Source: Hyalangium minutum (GTDB lineage Bacteria; Myxococcota; Myxococcia; Myxococcales; Myxococcaceae). Taken from it: DNA of 62,000 nt. The stretch lies in assembly GCF_000737315.1 (NCBI RefSeq), contig NZ_JMCB01000006.1, positions 20,001-82,000 of the forward strand, in the 5' to 3' direction. Position numbers and translations under genes: made by a program. A model generated the notes under the pieces. The model saw nothing but the letters and a program-made list of their open reading frames with translations, was not told the DNA's origin and searched no databases. Positions 9,101-18,500 of the stretch are shown here, one piece after another (the first letter of the stretch is position 1; each line of letters begins with the position of its first letter).

Positions 9101-12100
9101 TCATAGATGCGCTCGGTGACGAGGCTGCGCGCGTCCTTCTCCTGCGTGAGGTTGTGCGCCGTATCCCATTGGCGCTCGGTTCGATTGCCCAGCGGATCCA
9201 CGAGGACCACGGGATTCCCCGCCGCGTTGTGCTCGCGCTGCCACTCGTTCCCCAGCCGATCCACGTAGACGGCACGGCGGTTCACCGTGTCATAGAACGC
9301 AGAGGCCTTATGGCCGAGCGGGTTGATGCTTCCCACCCACCGATCCAGCGCGTCGTAGAGGGTGACCCAGACCTTGCCTCGCTTGTCGGTCCGCCGAACG
9401 AGGTTGTGCGCATCGTCGTAGGCGTACGTCTCCATGTTGTTGAGCACGTCCACGGCGCCGACGAGATCGTCACCCTCGTAGGCGTAACGCACCGTGCGGT
9501 TCGCGCGATCCGTCACCTTCGTGAGCTTCCCATCCGTGTACCCAAAGCTCAGCGCCACCTCATTGTCAGAGTCCCTCACTTCGGAGGGGAGCCCGTTCGC
9601 ATAGAGGATGTCGACACGGCTGCCACCCGGCTCCGAGATACTTCGCAGCCGCCTGGACGAATTGAACTCGTAAACCAGCCCCTCTTTCGTCCGCAGCCTG
9701 TACCCATCCGAGAGCACAGTCAGTGTCAGGTACCAGCCCGGCGGCGCGGTGAACGTCGAGCCCGATTTCTGGAAGCGCACCTCGCGCCAGTCCTCGGTGA
9801 TGTACGTCAGGCTCCCGTTCAGCTCGAGGCGAAGGTACATCCCGTAGCTGTGCATCCACCCGTACCCTAGCTCCGTCATCCCATTCCCTCGGGAGGCGTA
9901 CGTGCGGCGCCAGGTGATGGGCAGCCCCACCGCTGGGAGCGTCAGATCCGTCCACTGCTCCCGCAGGTTGCCAGTGGCCATGTTCACCGTGGAATTCACC
10001 ACGGCCTCGTCACAGCCACAGGCGGGTCCCTCGGAGGAGCCGCTGGAGCCCCCCGGTCCACTGTTGCTGCCGCCGTTGAGCAGCTCGCCGATCAGGTAGG
10101 CCCCCTCCCCCGTCACCGGGTTCTCCAGGATGTAGCCCTCCTGGTTGATGTACTGCTGGTAGTTGGTGGGGTGCTGGGGGATGGTGATCCGCCAACCTGC
10201 TGCCAGCGCCTGATCCACCCGGCTCATCGTCAGGTCCGAGAAGCCCTGAAGCAGGGCCCGGCCTGACGAGTCCTGCGGCGTGATCCGGAAGACGGGAACG
10301 CCCTGGCTCGCCGACGCCTGGATGATGCGCACCGCGGACACCGAGACGGTGGACATCACCTCTTCCCACACCTTGTGCTCGAGCGCGCTGCCATGGTGGC
10401 CCGCCAGCCGCATCAGCCCCGCCTGGTAGCGGAAGTCCGCATCCATCGGCATCGGCGTCACCGAGTCCCGCGCCACGTCCAGCACGTACTTGCCCGGCGC
10501 CAGCGAGAGCGGCGTGCCGTTCACCTGCTGCACCTTCAGCTCCTTGCCCGCCGTGCCCTCGATGACGTCCTGGAGCACGCGGTGGCGCTGAAGCCCGAAC
10601 AGCCGCGCCGCGTCCGCTCCCTTGTGGTGCGAGTACAGCGCCAGGGCCAGGTGGGCCTCGAACTCCGCGCGCTCGTCTCCCGTCAGCCCCTGCGCCTGCT
10701 GCCGCAGCGCCTGGATCTGGCTCACAGGCGTGGCGCCCGCACTCGCCATGAACGCGTACACACCTCCCGCGATCAGCGAGTGCTTCACCACCGCCGGAGC
10801 ATCTCCCGGAATGGTCACCTTCACGGTGAGCTCCTGCTCCACACCCGGCATCACCGCGCTGAAGCGCTTGGCCTCCTGGCCATTGACCCTCAGGGAGGGG
10901 GCCACGCGCACCGCGTACGGCCGGACTCCCGTGATGCCCCCCGCCGTCTGGATGGCGGCTTCATCCGTTGGGGTCGCTCCCGGATAGCGCAGCGCGACCC
11001 GCGGCCCCTGCAGCTCCGCCAGCTCGAACGTGGCCTTCTCGCCTCCGAGTGACAGCTCGACCGTGTGTCGGAAGCTCTGGGGCGGCCTGGCGAAGTGGAG
11101 GGGCTCCGACACCAGCTCCGCGGGGTGCTCGGCCGGCAACAGCCGGAAGAGGTCTTCTTGCACGGTGGCCTTGGCCAGCGCGTCATCCAGCGTGTTGCAC
11201 AGGTTGCGCAGCTTGGCTGCGTCCAGGAGCTGCCGCTCGAAGATCTCTCGCGGTGTGTCGGAGGTCAGCGCCCCCAGGTACGCATTGAAGTCGAAGGAGA
11301 CGAGCCCTCGCAGGTCCACGCCCTGGCTGTGCTGCACGCGCTTCAGGCCCGGATCGAGCCGGACCCACAGGTTCTCGCCTCCCCGGCCCGTGCCTCGGTA
11401 GTCCGAGTACGCCACGTACGCACGGACATAGGCGCGCTCGGTGAGGACACCCTTGCCGTCCTCCGTGAGGGCCGCCGGGATGCCCGAGGACGACAGCACG
11501 AAGGCGGCTGTCCTCGCATCCACCGCTCCTGTGAGCGCCTGGGCCTGCGCCGCAGAGAGCCGCACCGTCGTGTACTCGTAGCGTGCGGGAACGCCCGCCT
11601 CGCGCAGCAGGGCGATGAGCAGGGACGCCTGATCGAAGTCATTGCCGGCGCCCTCGGCGAGCGTCGCCGCCGCGCCCTTCTTGGAGCCGTAGTACAGCTC
11701 GGTCTTCACCTTCGTGTGCACGTGGTTGTAGAGCGCGAGCGGCTGGTTCCCCAGCGACTGGGCCAGCAGCTTCAGCTCCGGGCTGCGCAGCGTCTCGGGC
11801 GTCTCCGCGAGATCCTCGGGAGCCGGCTCCGGGAGCACGCCCAGCAACGGCATCAGCAGCCCCAGGTCCGTCATCACCGAGGCCAGCCGCACGGGGGCGC
11901 GCGGAACTCCCGCCAGCGCCGTCTCCAGCGCCACGGAGCTGCCATCCGCCAGCTCCACGGAGACGGACTCTCCCTCCAGTGACGCGTAGAAGGAGTCCAG
12001 CTCGGGCGTCCGCTGCCCCAGCGTTCCCTTGCGCCGGGGAGCGGGAGGGTTCGGCTTCAGAGGCTTGAGCCGTCCCAGGTCCAGCATGCTCCCCCGGCTG

Positions 12101-12570
12101 CCCGACTGCCGCTCCGTGGCGGCGCGCTGCCGCATCGCCTTGGCCAGCTCGGGCGTCCGCTTCGCCAGCCGCTCCTGCAAGGCCGCGGGCGAGAGCTTCA
12201 GGCTCCGCGCGCGCGCCACCTCCTCGCGAATCTCCGCATCCGGAGTGGCCTGCTTGATGCGCCGGGCCTGCTCCTGTGCCAGGAGCTTACTGGCCTTCTG
12301 CTCGTCCGCACGCGTGAGGCGCTCCAGCTCCGCCAGCGCCTCTTTCCGGCGTCGCGCGGTCTCCTCACCCCGCTTCGTGTCATATGCCGCTGGATCCGAG
12401 ACCTGGAGCGGATCGATGCCCAGGTTCTTCGCGGCCTGCGCGAGCCGCAGGCCGTAGGCGCGCTCGGCGGCCTGCGCACGCTGCAGCTCCCCCATGCAGA
12501 GGAACTGCAGCGTGACCAGGGTCAGCAGGGAGGACGTGGTCTGGAACCACACCTTCTTCGTCTGAAACAT
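6148..12570 (-). CDS. Secreted transglutaminase-like / DUF6531-like / RHS-repeat protein with C-terminal putative toxin, 2140 aa
   Basis: N-terminal signal-like segment (..LQRAQA/AE). TGase-fold motif GNDFDQASLLIALLREAGVPARY. VNMATGNL..TDL..P..G..ITWRRTY..LGYGWMH (DUF6531-like). Many YD repeats. RHS core FGYTGREHDSTGLNYHRDRYMDPKLGRW...NPTAYVDPSG. Confidence 0.9.
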   Translation of the reverse strand: MFQTKKVWFQTTSSLLTLVTLQFLCMGELQRAQAAERAYGLRLAQAAKNLGIDPLQVSDPAAYDTKRGEETARRRKEALAELERLTRADEQKASKLLAQEQARRIKQATPDAEIREEVARARSLKLSPAALQERLAKRTPELAKAMRQRAATERQSGSRGSMLDLGRLKPLKPNPPAPRRKGTLGQRTPELDSFYASLEGESVSVELADGSSVALETALAGVPRAPVRLASVMTDLGLLMPLLGVLPEPAPEDLAETPETLRSPELKLLAQSLGNQPLALYNHVHTKVKTELYYGSKKGAAATLAEGAGNDFDQASLLIALLREAGVPARYEYTTVRLSAAQAQALTGAVDARTAAFVLSSSGIPAALTEDGKGVLTERAYVRAYVAYSDYRGTGRGGENLWVRLDPGLKRVQHSQGVDLRGLVSFDFNAYLGALTSDTPREIFERQLLDAAKLRNLCNTLDDALAKATVQEDLFRLLPAEHPAELVSEPLHFARPPQSFRHTVELSLGGEKATFELAELQGPRVALRYPGATPTDEAAIQTAGGITGVRPYAVRVAPSLRVNGQEAKRFSAVMPGVEQELTVKVTIPGDAPAVVKHSLIAGGVYAFMASAGATPVSQIQALRQQAQGLTGDERAEFEAHLALALYSHHKGADAARLFGLQRHRVLQDVIEGTAGKELKVQQVNGTPLSLAPGKYVLDVARDSVTPMPMDADFRYQAGLMRLAGHHGSALEHKVWEEVMSTVSVSAVRIIQASASQGVPVFRITPQDSSGRALLQGFSDLTMSRVDQALAAGWRITIPQHPTNYQQYINQEGYILENPVTGEGAYLIGELLNGGSNSGPGGSSGSSEGPACGCDEAVVNSTVNMATGNLREQWTDLTLPAVGLPITWRRTYASRGNGMTELGYGWMHSYGMYLRLELNGSLTYITEDWREVRFQKSGSTFTAPPGWYLTLTVLSDGYRLRTKEGLVYEFNSSRRLRSISEPGGSRVDILYANGLPSEVRDSDNEVALSFGYTDGKLTKVTDRANRTVRYAYEGDDLVGAVDVLNNMETYAYDDAHNLVRRTDKRGKVWVTLYDALDRWVGSINPLGHKASAFYDTVNRRAVYVDRLGNEWQREHNAAGNPVVLVDPLGNRTERQWDTAHNLTQEKDARSLVTERIYDTRGNMTEQRDPDGRVTKYTYDTAFNQVLTVEATGRPKVTNTYDTAGRLKTRTDGLGVASYGYDARGRLETFTKPGPAVTRMTYGSKGLPLTMTDPQQVTTTLTFNSAGYITETKDSDNKKHTFEVDAAGQVTAMVDALNARFESTYDAEGHRLTTKNPLLAVTTYTYDAVGRVTSVEDALNGVSRTEYDANGRVVALVDARNARTVMRYDAAGRHVETVLANGASTVLGYCAELTTQPCVQVDATGGLYRRDFDRMGRVLSEVDSLKRESRYEYDTAGRIKASSELGQAPTTYAYGSHGLLERVTKGDQSITYGYDGRGNRTSVTAGSQRTQYQYDLANRLQWEKNPLNVVTSYEYDGVGNRTAKVDGNSRRTTYAYDGNRRLKSVTFEDGSTYQYDYDEAGRRTLEKNGTHARTLEYDALGRVKEVIDASLGRTLRYTYDANGNRTSVTSAGLEHHYSYDALNLLRQAVDSAGQRTVISYDDLGRRTRITRSNGIATTYSYDAASQLLGIVHAKEGAVVAGSSYTYDAGGNRLSKTLADGTRESYIYDASDRLTGVDYGTQRSVRYTLDLLGNRTALREVTGGTNRQVNSAFNAFNQLERSFEGGVATEYGYDNNGNLLSETKAGQLVKQYGWDLDNRLRQVTLASGELHTFEYDATGLRTKQTTPAGSTQYLLDGATVLQEFSSTSPTPTSYLTHPQTTDEILSFQQAGSTYSPLTDALGSVVAIADQTGAVVRTNSYDAYGARTTSGSGPMLAFGYTGREHDSTGLNYHRDRYMDPKLGRWIQPDRLGMVDGANIYQYVRGNPTAYVDPSGKFGLLVGLAIVIIIIVAAFIFAGTVGRRMGENEDFNNLKRLRAVDIDVETCRTEIPSSDPNGMLDPDRLAALTAAAERAEIYVVDFGQSRESSAKHYIGRARGREILLSADLFRGSNTNNRKVAFIAEIQHVAGLYDEEAAQEELEQLLSIMELELPEGWRHGSDLSGG
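6670..9800 (-). repeat. RHS/YD peptide repeat array (boundaries approximate)
   Basis: Recurrent xxYxYDxxG(R/N)L units in the translation (e.g. YGYDARGRL, YTYDAVGRV, YDYDEAGRR). Confidence 0.85.
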
Positions 12571-12585
12571 GAGGGCTGTGTCTTT

Positions 12586-15500
12586 CTACGGGCAGGAGAG
12601 CGGAGCCGGGACCGTCTGCGGCCCCGGCGAGAGCACGAGGGTTTGCGAGTTCGTGAGCGTGACCTGGCGGCCCACCACGGCGCCTCGCAAGCTCGTGTTG
12701 TTGCCGAGGATCACGTGGGTCAGCGGCGCGTAGATCTGCATCGCCGCTGTCGACTGGTTGAGCACGGAGACCGCCTGCCCCGTCGAGGCACTGCTCACGA
12801 GGAGGAGCGAGGCCCCTGTACCGGGTGCCGCCCCCAGCGTGGACTGATTCGAGACCGACACGGAGCCGGAGACGAAGAGCTCGACGCTGCCTCCCGAGGC
12901 AACCTTTAGGGTGGCCCCCCCTGTCAGCACCAGGTGATCCAGCAGGAAGCGGCCCGACGGCAAGGTGAGGGTCTCCTGATCGATCTCGAGTCCTCCTCCC
13001 ACGAGGAAGGGCGAGATGTCCGGATCCGCCTGGAGCAGTGCGTTGTCGTTCTGCTGCCCCACCTTCTGGAACCAGCGCGTCAGATCGTAGCCGCAGCTGC
13101 ACGGGGTGGGCGGCGAGGACACCGTCTCATCCCCGCCAGTGGCCTGCGCACCCGTGCCAAGCACGAGCTGCCCGCCGTGGTAGATCCGCCCGCCCACGCT
13201 CGCCAGGCCCCCCAGCTGGGTGAGAGTGCCAGAGACAACGTCACCGCTGACGGAGCTGCTGTCGCCCATCAGCACGGATCCATGGCTCGCCACCGAGGCA
13301 GGACCGCTCAACCCCACCACCTGCGCGCTGTCCTGAATCGACAGGCTGTCGAGCGCGCAGGCCGCGAAGAGGAACCGCGGACGCGCCTGCAACACCGTGA
13401 AGTGCACCGTCACCGACGACAGGTTGCCGGCCATGTCCCAGGCCTTGACGCGCAGGGTGTGGGCACCGAGCGCGGTCACCGGGGTGCCGCTGTCGACGAG
13501 GACATTGTCCAGCACGCCCTCCAGCGGCTGGAGCGGCGAGGCATCGGTGGCCGTGAATACCGGAGTGAAGGAGGTCCCCAGCGCGCCCTCGGACACTCCC
13601 GTGACAGAGAGGACCGGCGGCGTGAAGTCCAAGGTGAACGAGACGGTGCGCACCGTCTGATTGCCCGCGAGGTCCACGGCTGTCACCACCAAGACATGCG
13701 TCCCCTCGGCCGTGACGAAGGTGCCAGACGTGAACGTCGCTCCATCCAGCGTTGCCGAGACCGAAGCGAGGTTCGTGTCGACGACGTCGAACGCGGGCGC
13801 GACCTCGTGGTTGATGTATTGGCCGTCCTTGACCCAGTAGACCCAGACTTCAGGCGGGGTGAAGTCCAGCGTGAACTCGATGACACGCTCGGCCACATTG
13901 CCGGCCCCATCCACCGCGCGGAGCGCCAGCAAGTGCGTCCCCTCCGTGCTCACCGCGGTCCCCAGCGTGAACGGCACCCCATCCAGGGTAGCGACCAGCG
14001 TTCCAGGGTGAAGCTCCTGCACCGTGACCCCCGGGGTGAGCGGAACGGAGCTGTACTGGCCATTCACGACTCCCGTCACCCCCAGCACGGGCGGTGTGAA
14101 GTCCAGGCTGAAGGACCGCGTCTCGCTGACAGCATTGCCCACCGCGTCGGACGCCTGGACTACCCACAGGTGATCGCCCTCCGCGTTGACCTCCGTCCCG
14201 GACGCGAGCGGCGAGCCGTCGAGCAGGGACGTCACCGTGCCCGGATGCGGCTCCGACACCGAGTAGGACAGGGTGACCGGCGTGTTGAGCAGCGCCCCAT
14301 GGCTGGGGCCATCCAGGCTCAACACCGGTGCCGTCTGGTCGATGCTGAAGTGGATGTCCACCGAATGGCTGTTCCCGGCACCGTCCACCGCCGTCACCGC
14401 CAGCAGGTGGGCGCCCTCCGCGGAGATGGCGGTTCCCAGGGAGAAGGGCACACCATCGAGCGTCGCCACGACGCTGCCCGGGTGCGCATCCTCCACCGTC
14501 ACACTCGGAGTGAGCGGCACCGCGCTGACCTGACCCTCGGCGACTCCGGTGATTTCCACCTGAGGAGCCGTGAAGTCCAGGCTGAAGGCGCGCGTCTCCG
14601 TGGTGCTGTTGCCCGCCAGATCTACCGCCGTCACCGTCCAGAGATGATCCCCCTCCCCATCCACGAACACTCCGCTTTCCACGGGCGCGCCGTCCACTGT
14701 GGCCACGAGCGTTCCCGGGTGCTGCTCCTGCGCCTGGAAGGACAAGGTCACGGGCGTGTTGAGCAGCGCCCCGTGAGCCACGCCCGCCAACTGCAGCACC
14801 GGCGGCGTCAGGTCGATGGTGAACGACACCGACCGCTGACGCTGGTTGCCAAAGGCGTCCGCCGCGCTCACCTCCAGCAGGTAGCTCCCCTCCGCCGTCA
14901 CGGCCGTGCCGCTGGTGAAGGCATTGCCATTGAGCGTGATGGTGGTACTCGACAGGTACGGATCCGTGACTGTGATTTCCGGAATGACCTGCGTGGGTGA
15001 GAACTGTCCGTCCGTCACTCCCGAGATGGTGATGACCGGCGGCTCCTGATCGGTGGGCATCTCCGCCGTCACGACGAGCCGATCCAACGTCTGGCCGTCG
15101 AGCTGGGCGACCAGCACCTTCTGCCGCGCGTCCAGCTGCGAGGTGGGCAGGGACAGCACGATGTCCTGCGAGCTGCCAGGCGCCAGGCTCACCTGGGTCG
15201 AGGCCGTGGCCTCCTGGCCCAGCAAGGGCGTGTCCAGCAGCAACACGCGCAGCAGCCCCTCCACCGTCTCTCCGCTCGTGTTCGTGAGGAGGACGTGGGT
15301 TTGCAGCGGCGGGCCGATGGGGAAGGGGCTCGCGGCGGAGAGCTGCGCGGTGACGACCCGCGCCGGAACAATGACGACCTTCCAGAGCACCTGGTTGCTC
15401 GCGATGACGGTCCCCTGCGCGTCCCGCAGTTCGGCCCGGACGCGGTAACTGCCCGCCTGCGCCGTGGGCGAGACGGAGAAGCGCTCGGCGATGTCATGGA

Positions 15501-18500
15501 AGGCTCCGGGCGCGAGCTCCGAGATGGCCCACTGCCCCGACGCGAGCAGGGTCCCCGTCACATCCTCGAACACCACCTGGAGCGTCCCTGCGGGCAGCAC
15601 GGCATTGCGCCCCGTGTTGCTCACGCGCATCTGCGCGAGGACCGTCTCCTCTGGGCCATAGCTCTCGCGATCGGTCACCAGCCCCAGGCTGGCCACGGCC
15701 TCCGCGGTGAGCGTGAACGGCACCGTGCCGACTGCCACCGGCCGCCCCCCCTCAGTCACCTGGATCCGCAGCGAGTACAGCCCAGGCCCGAAGGCCCCCG
15801 TGTTCCAGCTCAGGGAGGTCTGGTACTCGGCTCCTCCTCCCACCACCAGCCGGGGGCTCGTTGCCAGCGTCGCCACGAGCGCGCCGGCCGGACCCTGGAT
15901 GGCCGCATCCCATGCGAGCGTTCTCCCGCGCGGGCTCTGGTTGGCCAGAAGCACCGTGAACGAGACCGGCGCCGCAGGCCCCACCACGCCAGGGCTGGCC
16001 GTCCCCGACACCACGAGCAACGGATCCTCCACGGGGAGGTTCACCTCCCGCACGTTGTTCAGCTCGCTGAACTCCGTGACGATGCCCTGCGGATCCACCT
16101 CGGCATGGATGAGGGTGCTCGCCTGCGGAGCGGTGATGCGCGCGGTCAGGACCGTGCTCTCCGCCGTCAGCAGCGGCGGCACCTCTAGCAAGAGCTCCGG
16201 CTGCCCGGGGACCTCGATGCTCAACAGCGTCCCGGGAGAGGGACTGCCGCGGTTCAGAACCGTCACGCTCACGGTGACTGCTTCCCCCGCGTAGGCCGGC
16301 GAGGGTGAGGCGCTCACCGCCTGCACCGTGAAGTCCGGCATCGCCGCGGGCATCGACTCCACGGTGAACACCGCCTCGTTGTTGAGGCGCTCCTGGTCCA
16401 GCGTCACCACCTGAGGATCCGCGATGACCCGGTACCCATGGCTGCCTGTCAGCGCGATCCCCGTCACCAGCACATGCGCCTCGGCGCCCGGCTGCAGCGC
16501 GGGGAGCGCCGCCGCGCCAAAGAGGGGACTGTTGGCGCCTCGTGGCCCGTCCCAGGCCTCGACCGTGCTGGCTCCACAGGCCTGCGCACCCTGGTTCCGT
16601 ACTGTGACATCCAGCGTGAGCGCCTCTCCCGTCTGTGGCAAAGGAGGCTGGCTGGAGAACTGCGCTGTATCCACGGCCAGATCACACCCCTGCGTTCCTG
16701 GGAGGACGTAGACACGAGCCGAACCGATGTTGTTCTCCCGCCCAGACTCCTCGATGGCGCCATCCGCGTTGGCGACCACATAGAGGACGTGCTCCCCTTC
16801 CGGATACGCCACCCAAGGCAGGGAGAGGGTCGCCACGCCCGTACGTGGGGCCAGGGGCCCCGCCGCGACAACGTCCGCCAGGTGCCGCCCACCCGCCGTG
16901 GGGTCTCCATCGTAGAGGGCCACATGGACACCGCTCGCGGCCACACCTCCCACGTTGCGCAGAGTGACGGTGACCGTCTGGATCCCTCCCACCGTGGGCG
17001 ATTGCGGCGACACCGTGATGTCCGCGTTGCGGACGGAGAGATCCGCCATCAGCGTGGCCGGCTCCACGTCGAACTGCTGGTTCCATGTGTTGTGGGTCGT
17101 CCACCAGCGGTAGTCGCTCCCCAACCGGAGGTCCGCCCCAACCTGCCCCTTGCGAATGGAGCGCGTCGGCCACAGTGCCGGCTGCTTCTTCCAGTGCACG
17201 CTGGAGAAGATGAGCACCTCGCCTCGGCCATACTGCGGGTGGTCCCGAAGCTGGGTCGGTGGCGCGGTGCCCTCTATGAACGGCATCGCGATGTCCGCGT
17301 GGCCATCCGCGTCGATATCGACGACCACGGGCGTGTGCTCCGGGAAAGAGTAGTTGGCGCCGGTCTCGGGCTGCATCTGAGCCGGGAAGGTCTCCAGCAG
17401 CTCACCCGTACGGCCGTCCTGGATGACGGGGGGCGTCAGTAGCCCGGCGAAGATGGCCTGGGGCCGGCCCTGGCCCAGCACGTCCGCCAACACTCCGTTG
17501 AACGCATCCACACCGGACCTGCCTCCTCCCGTAGCGCACACCGTGCAGAACAGCTCCTGCGACCACAGGGGCAGCAGGTCGGGAGTGAACGCCCCCGTGA
17601 TGCTGGTGCCGCCATTGTTGGCCAGCGTCACATAGGCGAGACCATCCTGCCGCAGCGCTCCCGCGCTCAGGAAGTACTCCCGCGCCTCGAAGGGAGTTCC
17701 TGTCTGGACCTGCTGGCCGGTGATGAGATCTCTCGCCACGAGATTGTTGCGGAACCTCGGGATGATCACCTCCGCTTTTCCATCCAGGTTGAGGTCCACG
17801 ACCCCGGCCCCGATCGTCCCCGTCGGCTGCGACACCTGCCAGCGGACAGTCCCTTGCGCGCTCACGAGCGCATAGAGGCCGATCTTGGACGCCAGCACCT
17901 CGTTCTGGCCATCTCCGTCCGCATCCAGGACGGTGGCCGTGTACCCGAGCTGGCAGGTGGCCGAGCCGACAGTGGCCGTCCAGAGGTCCGTGCCATCCAC
18001 GCCCGAGAACGCTCGGAGATCCTGGGTCCAGGCCACGATGTCCCCCACCCCATCTCCATTCAGATCTCCCAGGCCCAGCGCGTAGCTGGACACGGTGGAG
18101 GCAGAGCAGCCGGAGGTACCCGCGAGGACTCGCTTCCACTTGAGCGTCCCATCGGGCCGCAGCGCGACGAGCTCATAGTTGTTCGAGGTATCCTTCGAGT
18201 AGGCCACGATCTCCCCCGTTCCATCGCCGTCGAGGTCGGCCGTGGCGACGTCGAGTGTCGTGGTCATGGGCGTATAGGACCAGAGCTTGCTCCAGGAGCC
18301 GTCCGTCCCCTGCTGGAGCAGCGAGACGAACTCCTTGGAGACCGTCCCCGTTACGGTCCTGTGGACGAGCACCATGTCGGGCTTCGTGCCGCCGAGGAGC
18401 GGGGCGATGCGGATCTCGCTCCCCTGCACGTAGGTGCCCGCGACGCCCGTGTCCACGATGGCCTTGAGGAACAGATGCCGCCCGGCCACGTTGTTCACGG

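Noticed and set aside
12490-12570. Lipoprotein signal (LQFLC) on the RHS protein, which would suggest SitA-like outer-membrane exchange
   Set aside because: The residue before Cys is Leu, not G/A/S; an AQA/A signal peptidase I site fits better. SignalP would settle it.
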